A stretch of 64,000 bases of DNA, taken from assembly GCA_963764725.1 (NCBI GenBank), contig CAVXTM010000016.1, forward strand, positions 256,001 to 320,000. The letters are read 5' to 3'. This stretch comes from an uncultured Gammaproteobacteria bacterium (lineage in GTDB: Bacteria > Pseudomonadota > Gammaproteobacteria > JACCXJ01). A model generated the notes under the pieces. That model had not been told where the DNA came from and did not search any database. It was given only the letters and a program-made list of their open reading frames with translations. Position numbers and translations under genes: made by a program. The number at the start of each line of letters is the position of its first letter. Within the stretch, counting starts at the first letter, position 1. Below, piece by piece: positions 31,032-43,503 of this stretch.

Positions 31032-31856
31032 TTAAACCATCGTTCCGAGAATGACGCTGGATGCTTTGAAGATCGCAACCGCCCGTTTACCGGCTTCAAG
31101 CCCAAGCGACTGAACGCTTGGATTGGTCACGATCGCGGCGATGCGCCCGCCGCCATCAATATCTAAGACCACCTCCGCGTTTACCGCTCCAGGAATCACA
31201 GAAGCAACGGTTCCATGGAGTTGGTTGCGGGCGGAAAGCTTGGCTCCATCAAAATCGCTAGCGATGATGATGGAAGATGCCTTAATAAGTGCGAACGCTT
31301 GACTGCCGACCCTCAGTCCGAGTGCCTCTGTGCTTTCTCGGGTCACAACGGCCACGATCCGAGTGTTCTTCCCCACTATAAGTTCGATTTCGTCGTTGAC
31401 CGCACCGCTCTTCACGGCAGTGACGACTCCGGAAAACTGGTTTCGGGCACTGCTTTTCATATTCAGGGTTCGCAGCAGATTAAGGTCGGACGTGAGGTCG
31501 ATGGCTTCATTGCTCAGCATTTGCACGAACCGTCGATGGGCCGCTTCGATCTGGCCGAAACGCTCGACGAGTTGAAGGCCTCGCGGTGTCAATTGCGTCC
31601 AGCCTCCGCCTCGGCCGCCGCTGCTTCGTTCAACCAGCGGTTCACCCGCCAGATTGTTCATGGTGTCGACCGCATCCCAGGCGGCCTTGTAGCTCATGCC
31701 AATCGCCTTGGCCGCCTGGGTGATCGAGCCTTTCTCCGCGATGGCGCGCAACAACCCCACGCGGCTACGGCCACCTAGGTTTTCGTCACCGACTTTCATC
31801 CAGACCGCGCCGTCCAGTTGAATGGGATCGTTAGCTTGATTGGCTGTTTTGGCCAT
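31032..31856 (-). CDS. modE: Molybdate-responsive regulator ModE
   Basis: GSITQAAKAIGMSYKAAWD HTH and two SARNQ-initiated TOBE domains. Confidence 0.95.
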   Translation of the reverse strand: MAKTANQANDPIQLDGAVWMKVGDENLGGRSRVGLLRAIAEKGSITQAAKAIGMSYKAAWDAVDTMNNLAGEPLVERSSGGRGGGWTQLTPRGLQLVERFGQIEAAHRRFVQMLSNEAIDLTSDLNLLRTLNMKSSARNQFSGVVTAVKSGAVNDEIELIVGKNTRIVAVVTRESTEALGLRVGSQAFALIKASSIIIASDFDGAKLSARNQLHGTVASVIPGAVNAEVVLDIDGGGRIAAIVTNPSVQSLGLEAGKRAVAIFKASSVILGTMV

Positions 31857-32054
31857 GAGAATTCCGGATAACCGTTACGGCATCTGTTGCTTGCGGGCGA
31901 AAGCAGACTGGGAACTCGTCACAGTTCGCGCATCGACAAGACCTTGCACATGGCATGGTATTCATCAACATTCAAGCCCAGCGTGCGAACCGAGGCCGGT
32001 AGCCTGCCGTCTCGTGCGTGCTGCCGCACTGCATCGATGGCGCGGCGCTCAAGG

Positions 32055-32753
32055 CTATCCTGCTACCAGCGCATCATGATCCACTGTGTCCAGAATCGCT
32101 CGGCCGTCTTGAATGTAAATCACGGCATCTGCAAAGCAGTCAACATCCTCTTCGTCGTGAGAAATCAGAATCAGTGGAATGTTGAGCTTGGCTTGAAGCT
32201 CCGCCAGTTCCTGACGCAAATGCGCTCGTAGCCCGCGATCAAGCGCGGCAAGCGGTTCATCCAGCAGCAGTGCGCGGGGTTCGGCCACAAGACCACGGGC
32301 CAAGGCGGCCCGCTGACGTTGTCCTCCCGACAGCTGCTCGGGGTATTGATGCGCCACGGGCGCAAGGTGGAATGTTTCAAGCCAGCGGGTTACGGAGTCG
32401 TGCCGCACATTGCGTTTCGGATTCAATAGGCCGGGATGCAGCGCGAACGCAATGTTCTGAACCACCGTGAGGTGAGGGAACAGCGCGTAGTCCTGAAATA
32501 CGTAGGCAAGCTCACGCCGCTGTGGCGGCAAGTCGATGCGTGCGCGATGATCAAACAGGGAAAGCCCTTCTAGTCGAACATGTCCATCGTCGGGTGCGCT
32601 TAGACCAGCGATCATCTTCAGCGTCTGACTTTTGCCTGCACCTGACGGCCCAAACAGAACCAGCCGCCGTGCATTGCTGCGAAAGCGCACGTCGAGCTTG
32701 CAGCTGCGTTTGGTGTTCTCAAAGTGCTTGCGCACATCAACATCCCAAATCAT
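32055..32753 (-). CDS. modC: Molybdate ABC transporter ATPase
   Basis: GPSGAGKS, FQDYALFPHL, LSGGQRQR, LLLDEP. Confidence 0.93.
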   Translation of the reverse strand: MIWDVDVRKHFENTKRSCKLDVRFRSNARRLVLFGPSGAGKSQTLKMIAGLSAPDDGHVRLEGLSLFDHRARIDLPPQRRELAYVFQDYALFPHLTVVQNIAFALHPGLLNPKRNVRHDSVTRWLETFHLAPVAHQYPEQLSGGQRQRAALARGLVAEPRALLLDEPLAALDRGLRAHLRQELAELQAKLNIPLILISHDEEDVDCFADAVIYIQDGRAILDTVDHDALVAG

Positions 32754-32763
32754 GGAGTCATCC

Positions 32764-33438
32764 TCATGGCTGACCTGCAATTCGTCCCGGCGCCAGGCGA
32801 CCGGCGGCAAGCAGCACCGTGATGCAGGTCACCGATGTCACCAGCACGAGAAAATTCGCAACGTTGTCCTGCCCTGCTTGAACCGCCTCGTAAACCGCAA
32901 TGGACAAGGTTTGCGTTTTCCCGGGAATGCTTCCTGCTACCATCAACGTTGCACCAAACTCCCCGGTCGCCCGGGCGAAGGCGAGCAATACCCCCGCCAA
33001 AATGCCGCGCCATGCCAAGGGCAATGTCACCCGGAAAAATACCGCTGCCTCGCTGATACGGAGAACGCGCGCAGCCTGTTCAAACTGGGGATCAACGGCT
33101 TCAAACGCCGCCCGTGCCGACTTGAAAACCAGCGGGAAGGCGACGATGGTGGCCGCAATCACGGCTCCCTGCCAGGTAAAAATGAGGTTGATGCCGAAGG
33201 TCTCCTGAAGCCAGCCGCCAATCGGTCCGTGACGTCCGAGTAACACGAGCAGATAGTAGCCGAGCACGGTGGGAGGCATGACCAGGGGCAAGGTCAGAAG
33301 TGCGTCCAATAGGTCGCGACCTGGAAACCGCTTGCGCGCCAGCAAAAAACCGATGGCGACCCCAAATGCCAAGTTGAGAACCGTAGCCCAACCCGCGACT
33401 TTGAGTGTCAGGCTCAACGCGATCCAAGCGTTTTCCAT
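32764..33438 (-). CDS. modB: Molybdate ABC transporter permease
   Basis: LPLVMPPTVLGYYLL and FARATGEFGAT. Confidence 0.95.
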   Translation of the reverse strand: MENAWIALSLTLKVAGWATVLNLAFGVAIGFLLARKRFPGRDLLDALLTLPLVMPPTVLGYYLLVLLGRHGPIGGWLQETFGINLIFTWQGAVIAATIVAFPLVFKSARAAFEAVDPQFEQAARVLRISEAAVFFRVTLPLAWRGILAGVLLAFARATGEFGATLMVAGSIPGKTQTLSIAVYEAVQAGQDNVANFLVLVTSVTCITVLLAAGRLAPGRIAGQP

Positions 33439-33447
33439 CGACAGAGA

Positions 33448-34191
33448 TCAAGGCTTGCCGAAACCGTACTTCGCGAGCACGGCTTGCGCTTGACGGGAAT
33501 TGACGAAGGCGACGAACTTCTGCGCGACTGCGTGGTTGGCGCTGGCGGCGACCGGTGCAATGGGGTAAAGAATCGGGAGATCAGTCGGCACGGTGATAGC
33601 TACTCTGACCTTGTCCGGCATGATGGCGGCGTCGGTCGCGTACACAAAACCGGCGTCCACCTCTGAGCGCGCCACATAGTCAAGTGCCTGTCGCACAGTC
33701 TGCGCGCCGATCATTTTGGGCTCGATGGCCGACCAAAGCCCCGATTTCTCCAGGGCGCTTTTCGCATAACGGCCTACCGGAACACTGGCCGGCAGTCCGA
33801 TAGCGATCCGCTTATAATGCGCCTGCAAGAGGTCGTTCAACGCCTTCAGTGTGTTACCACCATCCGAAGGCACAACAACGACCAGCGTGTTGGAAACGAA
33901 GTTGTGCCTTTCGTCTGCTTTCACAAAACCCTGTGCTTGCGCTTGATTCATCGTTTCTTGATCGGCGCTGGCAAATACATCAGCAGGGGCGCCCTTGGCG
34001 ATCTGTTGTAACAGAGCCCCCGAAGCGCCGAAGTTGAACTGCAGTTTTACCCCTGGATTTTGAGGCTCGAAGAGTGAGGCCAACTCACGAAAGGCGTTGG
34101 TCAGGCTGGCTGCCGCCGACACGATTAGTTCTGCGGCAAGTGCCTGCCAACTGAGAAGTAAACCAAAGAGAGCTACAAGAAGGCGGGACAC
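33448..34191 (-). CDS. modA: Molybdate-binding periplasmic protein
   Basis: Signal peptide, VSAAASL, FGASGAL, ADVFASA, VPVGRYA, VYATDA. Confidence 0.95.
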   Translation of the reverse strand: MSRLLVALFGLLLSWQALAAELIVSAAASLTNAFRELASLFEPQNPGVKLQFNFGASGALLQQIAKGAPADVFASADQETMNQAQAQGFVKADERHNFVSNTLVVVVPSDGGNTLKALNDLLQAHYKRIAIGLPASVPVGRYAKSALEKSGLWSAIEPKMIGAQTVRQALDYVARSEVDAGFVYATDAAIMPDKVRVAITVPTDLPILYPIAPVAASANHAVAQKFVAFVNSRQAQAVLAKYGFGKP

Positions 34192-34214
34192 GAGGAGCTT
34201 TCATTTAGTCGAAA

Positions 34215-34241
34215 ATCGTAATATACGCGTGTATATGACGG
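34215..34241. promoter_or_regulatory. ModE binding box
   Basis: ATCGTAATATA-CGCGTG-TATATGACGG immediately upstream of modA resembles the ModE dyad CGTTATATA-N-TATATAACG. Confidence 0.75.
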
Positions 34242-34439
34242 ATGTCACGGCGACGAGCGCACTACTGGACTCTAAGAAGCCACGGGACAAAGCCGCCCGA
34301 ACGTGCCCGCCCGAGCAGGGCGATCTTCACGCCCAAGATCAGCGTTGGAGTTGCGCTTTGCCAGGCCCTCTCCTCCCGTCTGCAGTGAACGGCGCCAACT
34401 CTACTATCAACTGTTCCACAACCGCACCCTTCACGCCTT

Positions 34440-35573
34440 TCACTCTTTCGCTCCTTCGCCTCTTGCCGTCCCTTCCGGTTCTTGAGGGGGCGAAATGACG
34501 AGACTCTCTTTCGGTTCGCCGTATAGTGCGCTGTCGGTGTATTTCTGGTGCAAATACTTAAACCCAACCACGAGCGCTGCACTCGCGGGCAGCGCCAGCA
34601 GCACACCGAAAAACCCGAACAACTGGCCAAAAGCGAGCAGCGCAAAAATCACCCATACCGGATGCAGCCCGATGCGGTCTCCCACCAACCAAGGTGTGAC
34701 GACCATTCCTTCCAGTAGTTGCCCGAGGAAGAAAACGATCCACACCGGGACCAACCCTCCGAGACTTTGGAATTGAATCAATCCGGCGAGCGTCGCGAGC
34801 ACGAACCCGACGATGGCGCCGAGATAAGGAACAAAAGTGAGCATCCCCGCCAGGATGCCGATCGGCAGGGCAAAGTTCAGACCCACGAGCCAAAGGCCCG
34901 TGACATAAAAAACGCTTTGCAACAGCATGACCGACAATTGGCCGCGTAAAAATTGTCCCAGGACTTTGTCGACATCGCGAGCCATAGAAATGGTTTCGTC
35001 TCGAGCGCGTCTTGGAATCGTCTCACCGATCTGCGCAAGCATGAGGTCCCAGTCGCGCAAGACGTAAAACAACACCACCGGCACGAGCACCAGATTGATC
35101 ACGAGTTCGGCTAATGCGAGGCCGCCGGTTGTCAAACTAGGTATCAGCTTGGCCGCGAAACTTTTGGCGGCGGGAAGATTCTCCATCAGCGCCTGTTTGA
35201 TTCCCTGGATATCCAGTTCGAAATCGATTCCGAAACGATGCAACCAGGGCGTTATGTAAGAGCTTAACGCTTCCAGATATCGCGGATAGTTTTGCATCAA
35301 GGTTGCCGCCTGCTGTTCGAACAAAGGCACCAGAATGACCAGTATCAGGATCATAAGCCCGATCAACAAGAACATGACTATCAATACACTGAGTGTGCGA
35401 GGAATTTTTTTGGCTTCCAGCCGATCCACCAGCGGGTCGCCCATGTAGGCCAGAATCGCAGCTAATAAAAACGGCGTCAGAATCGGGCTCAGGAGGTAAA
35501 TAAGAACGCCAAAGAGCACGGCAAGCGCGAGCCAGAAAAAAGAACGCGCGCTTATAACTTGTTCAGAAGACAT
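34440..35573 (-). CDS. AI-2E family transporter
   Basis: ILTPFLLAAILAY, FLRGQL, FVPYLG, VGDRIGLHPVWVIFALLAFG. Confidence 0.92.
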   Translation of the reverse strand: MSSEQVISARSFFWLALAVLFGVLIYLLSPILTPFLLAAILAYMGDPLVDRLEAKKIPRTLSVLIVMFLLIGLMILILVILVPLFEQQAATLMQNYPRYLEALSSYITPWLHRFGIDFELDIQGIKQALMENLPAAKSFAAKLIPSLTTGGLALAELVINLVLVPVVLFYVLRDWDLMLAQIGETIPRRARDETISMARDVDKVLGQFLRGQLSVMLLQSVFYVTGLWLVGLNFALPIGILAGMLTFVPYLGAIVGFVLATLAGLIQFQSLGGLVPVWIVFFLGQLLEGMVVTPWLVGDRIGLHPVWVIFALLAFGQLFGFFGVLLALPASAALVVGFKYLHQKYTDSALYGEPKESLVISPPQEPEGTARGEGAKE

Positions 35574-35670
35574 TAGTTAAAATCGGCGGCGTGCGGTTGA
35601 TCTTCGAGCGGTAACTTTAGCGGCTGACGATTCAGAACTCAAATGAAATGGGCATGACCGCGGACGTTTT

Positions 35671-36612
<942 letters not shown>

Positions 36613-36656
36613 TTATCTTGAGATATGCTATAAAGTCTTTTTATCGGGGAACCCCC

Positions 36657-37250
36657 ATGAGCCCACGCGCAGCACAGGTACAACGCGATACGCAGGAAAC
36701 CCAGATCGGCGTGACCTTGGATCTCGATGGCGCCGGTCGGTCGGATCTCGATACCGGGATCCCCTTTCTCGACCATATGCTCGATCAGGTGGCGCGGCAC
36801 GGGTTGATCGACCTCAAGATCGAAGCGCGCGGCGATCTCCACATCGACGCGCACCACAGCGTCGAAGACATCGGCATCGCGATCGGTCAGGCGCTCGCGC
36901 AAGCGCTCGGCGACAAGCGCGGGATTAGGCGCTACGGCCATGCATACGTCCCGCTCGATGAGGCGCTGTCGCGGGTGGTCATCGACTGTTCGGGACGGCC
37001 CGGTCTCGAGTTTCACGTGGATTTTCCGCGTGCGCGCGTCGGGGATTTCGATGTCGATCTTTTCTACGAATTCTTCCACGGGTTCGCCAACCACGCGCGC
37101 GTAACGCTTCACATCGACACGTTTCGCGGCCGCAACGCCCATCATATTATCGAGACCGTCTTCAAAGCCTTCGGTCGCGCCTTGCGCATGGCCGTCGAGT
37201 CCGACCCGCGGCTTGAGGGCGCCGTGCCCTCGACCAAGGGCAGCCTCTGA
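36657..37250 (+). CDS. hisB: Imidazoleglycerol-phosphate dehydratase
   Basis: [29 protein letters not shown]. Confidence 0.97.
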   Translation: MSPRAAQVQRDTQETQIGVTLDLDGAGRSDLDTGIPFLDHMLDQVARHGLIDLKIEARGDLHIDAHHSVEDIGIAIGQALAQALGDKRGIRRYGHAYVPLDEALSRVVIDCSGRPGLEFHVDFPRARVGDFDVDLFYEFFHGFANHARVTLHIDTFRGRNAHHIIETVFKAFGRALRMAVESDPRLEGAVPSTKGSL

Positions 37251-37276
37251 GAGCTTGTGAATAAATCTACTGCGCA
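37247..37276 (+). repeat. Solo end of the MITE-like repeat
   Basis: CTGAGAGCTTGTGAATAAATCTACTGCGCA overlapping the hisB TGA. Confidence 0.75.
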
Positions 37277-37304
37277 GCCCACGCCGCGCGCCGTTCATCG
37301 CACG

Positions 37305-37955
37305 ATGCAAACCGTCGTTGTTCTCGATTACGGCATGAGCAACCTGCGCTCGGTTGCCAAGGCCATCGAGTACGTGTCGGAAGGCCGGCACCGCGTCCTC
37401 GTGAGCGGCCGCCCGGATGATCTCGTGCGCGCCGATCGCATCGTCTTCCCGGGACAAGGTGCGAGCGGCGACTGCATGGAGCATATCACGGCCATGGGGC
37501 TCGATCGCGTGCTGCGCGAGGTCCTTTCCGCGAAGCCGTTTCTCGGGATCTGCCTGGGGCTGCAATCCCTGATGGAGTGGAGTGAGGAGGGGGGCGGCAC
37601 GCCGGGCCTCGGGGTATACCCGGGACAGGTCGTGCGTTTTCCGCGAGAGCTGCATGCCCCGGACAGTGAGGATATTTTAAAGGTCCCGCACATGGGGTGG
37701 AATCAGGTGTGGCCGACGGATTCTCATCATTTGTGGGCGGGTATTGCTCCGGGCGAGCGCTTTTACTTCGTCCACAGCTATTTCGTGTTGCCCAAGGAAG
37801 AGGACCTTACGGCTGCTTATACGGAGTATGGCGTGCGGTTTACCGCAGCTCTCGCGCGCGGCAATGTATTCGCGGTGCAGTTCCATCCCGAGAAAAGCCA
37901 GCAGCCGGGACTGCGCCTACTCAGAAACTTTCTGCACTGGGACGGCAGCGCTTAA
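37305..37955 (+). CDS. hisH: Imidazole glycerol phosphate synthase subunit HisH
   Basis: LDYGMSNLRSV, PGQG, GICLG, FYFVHSY, QFHPEKS. Confidence 0.96.
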   Translation: MQTVVVLDYGMSNLRSVAKAIEYVSEGRHRVLVSGRPDDLVRADRIVFPGQGASGDCMEHITAMGLDRVLREVLSAKPFLGICLGLQSLMEWSEEGGGTPGLGVYPGQVVRFPRELHAPDSEDILKVPHMGWNQVWPTDSHHLWAGIAPGERFYFVHSYFVLPKEEDLTAAYTEYGVRFTAALARGNVFAVQFHPEKSQQPGLRLLRNFLHWDGSA

Positions 37956-39250
37956 GCCTCCGCTTCCCTCGTCTCCCGCGCCACCGCCCGGAAGCCGATG
38001 TCCGGACGGTAATACATCCCCTGCCATTGGATTTTTTTGATCCGGGCATAGGCGAGCGACTGGGCCTCGCTGACTGTCGCGCCTAGTGCGCACACACACG
38101 CCACGCGGCCGCCGGCCGTGACGATCCGTCCCTCCCTTATCGCAGTGCCGGAATGAAAGACCGTGGTGTCCGCGGGATGTTCGGCATCGAGGCCCGCGAT
38201 CACATCGCCTATGCGAGGGGCGCCGGGATAGCCCGCCGCCGCGAGCACGACACCGAGGGCGGCGCGTTGATCCCAGTGCGGCTGGATTATCTTCAGACGG
38301 CCCGCGAGCCCTGCCTCGATGATCTCGACGAGATCCGAGCGTAATCGCAATAAAATGACCTCGGCCTCCGGATCGCCTAAGCGGCAATTGTACTCAAGCA
38401 CCCGCGGCGTGCCGTCGGGAGCCACCATGACACCGACATACAGGAAACCCCGATAGGGCCGGCCTTCCCGCGCCATCCCGTGTATCGTCGGCAGCAGGAT
38501 TTCGCTCATTACCCGATCGCTCACCTCTTGGGTGAGCACGGGGGCAGGCGAATAAGCTCCCATGCCCCCAGTATTGGGTCCGCGGTCCCCGGCATCGCGC
38601 GCCTTGTGATCCTGTGCGCTCGCGAGAGGCACGACATCGATGCCGTCGCTTACCACGATAAAGCTCGCCTCCTCGCCTTCCAAGAACCCCTCGACGACGA
38701 TTTCCTGCCCGGCGCTGCCGAAGGCGTGGCCCGCGAGCATATCGCTGGCCGCCCGGACGGCCTCATCAGTGGATTGAGCGATAACCACGCCCTTACCCGC
38801 CGCGAGGCCGTTGGCCTTGATGACCAGCGGGAGCGCCTGGGCTCGAATATACGCGCTGGCGGCGTGGAGATCCGAAAAAGATGCGTAAGGCGCCGTGGCT
38901 ACGCCGTGGCGGTCCATAAAGGACTTCGCATAGACTTTGGAGCCCTCGAGCACGGCCGCCGACCGGCTCGGACCAAAGCACCGGAGCCCCGCCTCGTCGA
39001 AGCGGTCCACGATCCCGGCCACCAGTGGCACCTCCGATCCGACCAGAGTGAGGTCAACCCGAGCGCTCCGGGCGAAGGCGAGGAGGGCCGCGAGATCGCC
39101 GGCCGGGATGGCGACGTTTTCAACCTTGTGTTCGCGCGCCGTGCCGACGTTCCCCGGCGCCACGTAGACGCGATCGACGTGTGCGGAGCTCGCCACCTTC
39201 CACGCAAGGGCGTGCTCGCGCCCTCCCCCGCCAACGATTAGAACCTTCAC
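37952..39250 (-). CDS. purD: Phosphoribosylamine-glycine ligase
   Basis: [36 protein letters not shown] start at 39250. Confidence 0.97.
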   Translation of the reverse strand: MKVLIVGGGGREHALAWKVASSAHVDRVYVAPGNVGTAREHKVENVAIPAGDLAALLAFARSARVDLTLVGSEVPLVAGIVDRFDEAGLRCFGPSRSAAVLEGSKVYAKSFMDRHGVATAPYASFSDLHAASAYIRAQALPLVIKANGLAAGKGVVIAQSTDEAVRAASDMLAGHAFGSAGQEIVVEGFLEGEEASFIVVSDGIDVVPLASAQDHKARDAGDRGPNTGGMGAYSPAPVLTQEVSDRVMSEILLPTIHGMAREGRPYRGFLYVGVMVAPDGTPRVLEYNCRLGDPEAEVILLRLRSDLVEIIEAGLAGRLKIIQPHWDQRAALGVVLAAAGYPGAPRIGDVIAGLDAEHPADTTVFHSGTAIREGRIVTAGGRVACVCALGATVSEAQSLAYARIKKIQWQGMYYRPDIGFRAVARETREAEA

Positions 39251-39251
39251 T

Positions 39252-40805
39252 TCATGAATGGCGGAAGTGCCGGATCCCCGTGAAGACCATGGCCATGCCG
39301 TGCTCGTCGGCGGCACCGATCACTTCAGTGTCGCGGATGGAACCGCCGGGCTGGATCACTGCGGTGACGCCGACCGCCGCGGCGGCGTCGATGCTATCGC
39401 GAAACGGGAAGAAGGCGTCCGAGGCCATGACCGAAGCCCGGAGATCGAGGCCCGCGTCGGCGGCTTTCATGACGCCGAGGCGGGCGCTGTAGACCCGGCT
39501 CATCTGGCCGGCGCCGATACCCGCGGTCTGGCCGGCTTTGGCGTAAACGATGGCATTCGATTTGACGAACTTCACCACTCGCCAGGCAAACAGCAGATCG
39601 GCGATTTCGGCTTCGGTCGGGCCACGCTGGGTCACGACTTTCACGTCGGCAAATTCTACCGCGGCCTCATCCCGCTCCTGCACTAAGAGGCCACCCTGCA
39701 CGCGCTTGTAATCGAATGCCTTCCGAGCGTGTGCCTCCGGCTGACCGACGGTGAGCACGCGCACGTCTTGTTTGCGTTGCACTACCGGGAGGGCCTCCGG
39801 CGCGACGCCCAGCGCGGCGATCACCTCTACGAATTGGCGTGCGAGGATGGCCTCGGCGGTGTCCGCGTCAAGGATGCGGTTGAAGGCGATGATCCCGCCG
39901 AAGGCGGAGGTAGGATCGGTCGCGTAAGCGCGTTCGTAGGCCACTCGCGGCGATTCGGCGAGCGCTACCCCACACGGATTGGCGTGCTTGACGATGGCAC
40001 AGGCGGGCGCGGAAAAGGAAAACACGCACTCCAAGGCCACATCGGTGTCGGCGATATTGTTGAAGGAGAGATCTTTGCCTTGCAGTTGTTTGGATGCGGC
40101 GACGCTGCCCGGCGGCGGATCGGTTTCCGCATAGAAGGCGGCGCGTTGGTGAGGGTTTTCGCCGTAACGGAGCTCTTGGCGCTTGGCATAGCACGGGCAA
40201 TACAGGCGCGGGAAACCTTGGTCCGCCGCGTCCATATAAGCGGCAATCAAAGAATCGTAGCGCGCAGTATAAGCGAATGCCTTGGCCGCCAAGCGGTAGC
40301 GCGTTCCGGTGCTGATGCTGGCGTTCGCGGTCCGCATCTCTTCGATGAGCGGGGCATAATCGCCCGGGTCGACCACGACCGTGACTGCGCCATGATTCTT
40401 GGCTGCGGCGCGCACCAAGGCCGGGCCACCGACGTCGATATTCTCAGTGGCCTCGGCGAGGGTGCAATCGGCCCTCGCGACGGTGCTTTCGAACGGATAC
40501 AGGTTGACGACGACCAGATCGATGGGACCGATCCCGTGGGCCTGCATCAGCGGCTCATCGATACCTCGACGGCCGAGGATGCCGCCGTAGACCTTCGGGT
40601 GCAGGGTCTTGACGCGCCCGCCCATGATTTCGGGAAAGCCGGTATAGTCCGACACCTCGATGGCTTGCAGGGCGTGCTCCGCCAGCAACCGCGCCGTACC
40701 TCCCGTCAACAATAGTTGCACGCCCTGCCCGGTTAAAAACCGCGCGAGATCCACGAGGCCGGTCTTATCGGAGACACTCAAAAGCGCACGTCGTATAGAC
40801 CGCAT
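39252..40805 (-). CDS. purH: Bifunctional AICAR transformylase/IMP cyclohydrolase
   Basis: [46 protein letters not shown]. Confidence 0.98.
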   Translation of the reverse strand: MRSIRRALLSVSDKTGLVDLARFLTGQGVQLLLTGGTARLLAEHALQAIEVSDYTGFPEIMGGRVKTLHPKVYGGILGRRGIDEPLMQAHGIGPIDLVVVNLYPFESTVARADCTLAEATENIDVGGPALVRAAAKNHGAVTVVVDPGDYAPLIEEMRTANASISTGTRYRLAAKAFAYTARYDSLIAAYMDAADQGFPRLYCPCYAKRQELRYGENPHQRAAFYAETDPPPGSVAASKQLQGKDLSFNNIADTDVALECVFSFSAPACAIVKHANPCGVALAESPRVAYERAYATDPTSAFGGIIAFNRILDADTAEAILARQFVEVIAALGVAPEALPVVQRKQDVRVLTVGQPEAHARKAFDYKRVQGGLLVQERDEAAVEFADVKVVTQRGPTEAEIADLLFAWRVVKFVKSNAIVYAKAGQTAGIGAGQMSRVYSARLGVMKAADAGLDLRASVMASDAFFPFRDSIDAAAAVGVTAVIQPGGSIRDTEVIGAADEHGMAMVFTGIRHFRHS

Positions 40806-40830
40806 CGGCTGGGGCCGTTCCTGACCGTGG

Positions 40831-41145
40831 CTAGATCAAGCTGTATTTCTTGAGGCGGGTACGCAGTGTGTTGCGATTCAGGCCCAAGATTTGGGCCGCC
40901 TTCGAAAGGTTGCCCCCGGTCTGCGCCAGCACGGCCTCGAATAACGGCCGCTCGACTTCGCTAAGCACTAGCGCGTAGAGCCCGGCCGGGCTATGGCCGT
41001 TGAGATTGGCAAAGTAGATCTGCAAGGACTGCGTGATGCACTGACGAATCGGTTGATTTCTGCGCTCGACGAATACCGCTGGCCTAGAAAGCTCGTGGTC
41101 TAATATGCGAGTCATGCCGGCGACTTCTCCTACTATCATGTTCAC
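40831..41145 (-). CDS. fis: DNA-binding protein Fis
   Basis: [13 protein letters not shown]...[18 protein letters not shown], upstream of purH. Confidence 0.93.
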   Translation of the reverse strand: MNMIVGEVAGMTRILDHELSRPAVFVERRNQPIRQCITQSLQIYFANLNGHSPAGLYALVLSEVERPLFEAVLAQTGGNLSKAAQILGLNRNTLRTRLKKYSLI

Positions 41146-41331
41146 CCTCCCCTCTGCTACCGGCGGTTATCGTAGTGTTTCGTTCTTAAGAGATTGCGCC
41201 GGCCCCGCCGGTACCCAACGCGTGTTCTCTCGATGATTTCTACGGCGATGTGGTAGGTACCCATGATAACGGGAAACGAGTCGTGATTGAAGCCATTGAC
41301 AACGGCTTTAAGCGATGTCGGGCGAAGCGCG

Positions 41332-42057
41332 TTACAGGAACTTAAACTCGAAACTCACCGGGTTTTTCCGCGGGCCTTGCACTTCCAGGACGATATGAAC
41401 CGGGATCCCAGGCGGCATCGCCAGCGCCGGGTCAACATGTTTTTCGAGGTACTCCTTGGGCACAAACCGGCGAGCGGCGAGGACTTGGCCGTCCGTATCG
41501 TACAAACCGAGCTGCAGCACCGGGTAGGGCTGGGGGAATTCCGCATAATTGGTGAAGAGGGCGTTGATCAACAGTGCGTCTGCGGCACGCGGATGGACGC
41601 GCACATCGCGCGAGACCAGCCGGATGAGGCTCGGATCGCGGTAGTGGGGCAACTGGCAATGCCCGCAAGCCCACTCCAGCGGCGGGCGCGCTACGGGGAA
41701 CAGCGCGAGCAGGCGGGACCCTTGAAACCATGCGATCTGACCCAGCAACAGCATCAAGAGTATGACGGCCGCCGCGCCCCACGCGCTCGGGCGGTGTTTC
41801 GGGACCAGCCCCTCGATGGCGGTCAGATCGAGCGCCTGGGCTAGGGCGCTGTCGGCAGCCTGAGCCACATCGGTGCGGCCCGTCGTGGCGTCCCCGGCCG
41901 CAGCGCGCGTTGGGGGTTCGCTTTGCGCGTCAACCAAAGCCTCCAAGGCATCGAAGACGCTGTGGCAAATCCCGCAGCGCACCTTGCCGTGTGCCGCCTT
42001 GAGCTCGCTCGCGGAAAGGCGAAATAGCGTACGGCATTCCGGACAGCGCGCCAGCAT
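41332..42057 (-). CDS. Zinc-ribbon and DUF3426 domain protein
   Basis: CPEC...GKVRCGIC zinc ribbon, TM segment, QPYPVLQL.L.D...RRF.P.EYL. Confidence 0.88.
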   Translation of the reverse strand: MLARCPECRTLFRLSASELKAAHGKVRCGICHSVFDALEALVDAQSEPPTRAAAGDATTGRTDVAQAADSALAQALDLTAIEGLVPKHRPSAWGAAAVILLMLLLGQIAWFQGSRLLALFPVARPPLEWACGHCQLPHYRDPSLIRLVSRDVRVHPRAADALLINALFTNYAEFPQPYPVLQLGLYDTDGQVLAARRFVPKEYLEKHVDPALAMPPGIPVHIVLEVQGPRKNPVSFEFKFL

Positions 42058-42061
42058 CGTT

Positions 42062-42133
42062 TCAGCGCCCTGGCGCGCCCGCCCCGGTCAGCCGCCTGGC
42101 AGGCACGAGGACCCACTCCTCGATCCGTTCTAC
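42062..42133 (-). pseudogene. Possible 3' remnant of prmA
   Basis: VERIEEWVLVPARR...TGA resembles the PrmA C-terminus and lies at the usual prmA position between accC and the DUF3426 gene. Confidence 0.45.
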
Positions 42134-42161
42134 CGCAGTAGATTTACTCACAAGCTCTCAG
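42133..42161 (-). repeat. Solo end of the MITE-like repeat
   Basis: CTGAGAGCTTGTGAGTAAATCTACTGCGG on the minus strand, overlapping the accC TGA. Confidence 0.75.
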
Positions 42162-43501
42162 GTCAGTCCCAGCTTCTTTTCGAGATAATGGATATCCATA
42201 GCGCCCGCGCGAAATCCTTCGTCATTCATCATATTGCGATGCAAGGGCAGGTTGGTCTTGATCCCGTCGATCACAATCTCAGTGAGGGCGTTAATCATGC
42301 GCGCGAGCGCGATGCTTCGGCTCTCGCCGTGAGCGATGAGCTTGCCGATCAAGGAATCGTAGTAAGGCGGAACCGCATAGCCTTGGTAAATATGCGTATC
42401 CAAGCGGATCCCGGGACCGCCGGGCGGATGAAATAAAGTGATCGTGCCGGGCGAGGGCATGAAGGTTTCGTGATCTTCGGCGTTGATCCGGCACTCGATT
42501 GCATGACCACGGAGGATGATCTGGTCCTGGCGATAACTCAGAGGTTCGCCGCTCGCGATGAGGATCTGTTCTTTGACGAGATCCACCCCAGTGACCATTT
42601 CGGTGACTGGATGCTCCACCTGAATGCGCGTGTTCATTTCGATGAAGTAAAACTGAGCATCTTGATAGAGAAACTCAAACGTGCCGGCGCCGCGGTAGCC
42701 GATTTCCTGGCAGGCTTGCACACATCGCATGCCGATAGCGTCTCTAATTTCCGCGCCGAGACCCGAGGCGGGCGCTTCTTCGATGACCTTTTGGTGGCGC
42801 CGCTGCGTCGAGCAATCGCGTTCCCCGAGGTGTATGGCGTTGCCGAGGGTGTCGGCGAGGACCTGGATCTCGATGTGGCGCGGTGTCTCAAGGTATTTTT
42901 CAAGATAGACGGAACCGTTTCCGAAAGCCGCGCGGGCCTCCCCGCTGGTAAGGGCGATGGCATTGAGCAGCGCGGCTTCGCCATGCACCACTCGCATGCC
43001 GCGCCCTCCCCCGCCTCCCGCGGCCTTGATCATGATCGGATAACCGATCGCGCGTGCGATCCGGAGGTTCTCGTCGACATCGACGCCGAGGGGTCCGTCG
43101 GAACCAGGCACGCAGGAGACTCCTGCTTGTTTCATCACGCGGATGGCGGATACCTTGTCGCCCATCAGCCGGATCGTTTCCGGCCTCGGGCCGATGAAGA
43201 TGAAACCGCTTTGCTCGACGCGCTCGGCGAAGTCGGCGTTTTCCGCGAGGAACCCATAACCCGGGTGGATGGCCACGGCGTCGGTGACCTCGGCGGCGCT
43301 GATCAAGGCTGGGCCGTTCAAATAACTTTCCGCCGAGGGCGCCGGACCGATGCACACCGACTCGTCGGCGAGACGCACCGGTTTTAGATCGCGATCCGCG
43401 GTCGAATGAACCGCAACGGTCTTGATCCCCAACTCGCGGCAGGCGCGTAAAACTCTGAGCGCGATCTCACCCCGGTTGGCTATCACGATTTTGTCAAGCA
43501 T
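42158..43501 (-). CDS. accC: Acetyl-CoA carboxylase biotin carboxylase
   Basis: [44 protein letters not shown]. Confidence 0.98.
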   Translation of the reverse strand: MLDKIVIANRGEIALRVLRACRELGIKTVAVHSTADRDLKPVRLADESVCIGPAPSAESYLNGPALISAAEVTDAVAIHPGYGFLAENADFAERVEQSGFIFIGPRPETIRLMGDKVSAIRVMKQAGVSCVPGSDGPLGVDVDENLRIARAIGYPIMIKAAGGGGGRGMRVVHGEAALLNAIALTSGEARAAFGNGSVYLEKYLETPRHIEIQVLADTLGNAIHLGERDCSTQRRHQKVIEEAPASGLGAEIRDAIGMRCVQACQEIGYRGAGTFEFLYQDAQFYFIEMNTRIQVEHPVTEMVTGVDLVKEQILIASGEPLSYRQDQIILRGHAIECRINAEDHETFMPSPGTITLFHPPGGPGIRLDTHIYQGYAVPPYYDSLIGKLIAHGESRSIALARMINALTEIVIDGIKTNLPLHRNMMNDEGFRAGAMDIHYLEKKLGLT

Positions 43502-43503
43502 GG

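Noticed and set aside
39729-43387. Long plus-strand ORFs opposite purH and accC
   Set aside because: Antisense shadows expected from GC-rich codon bias.
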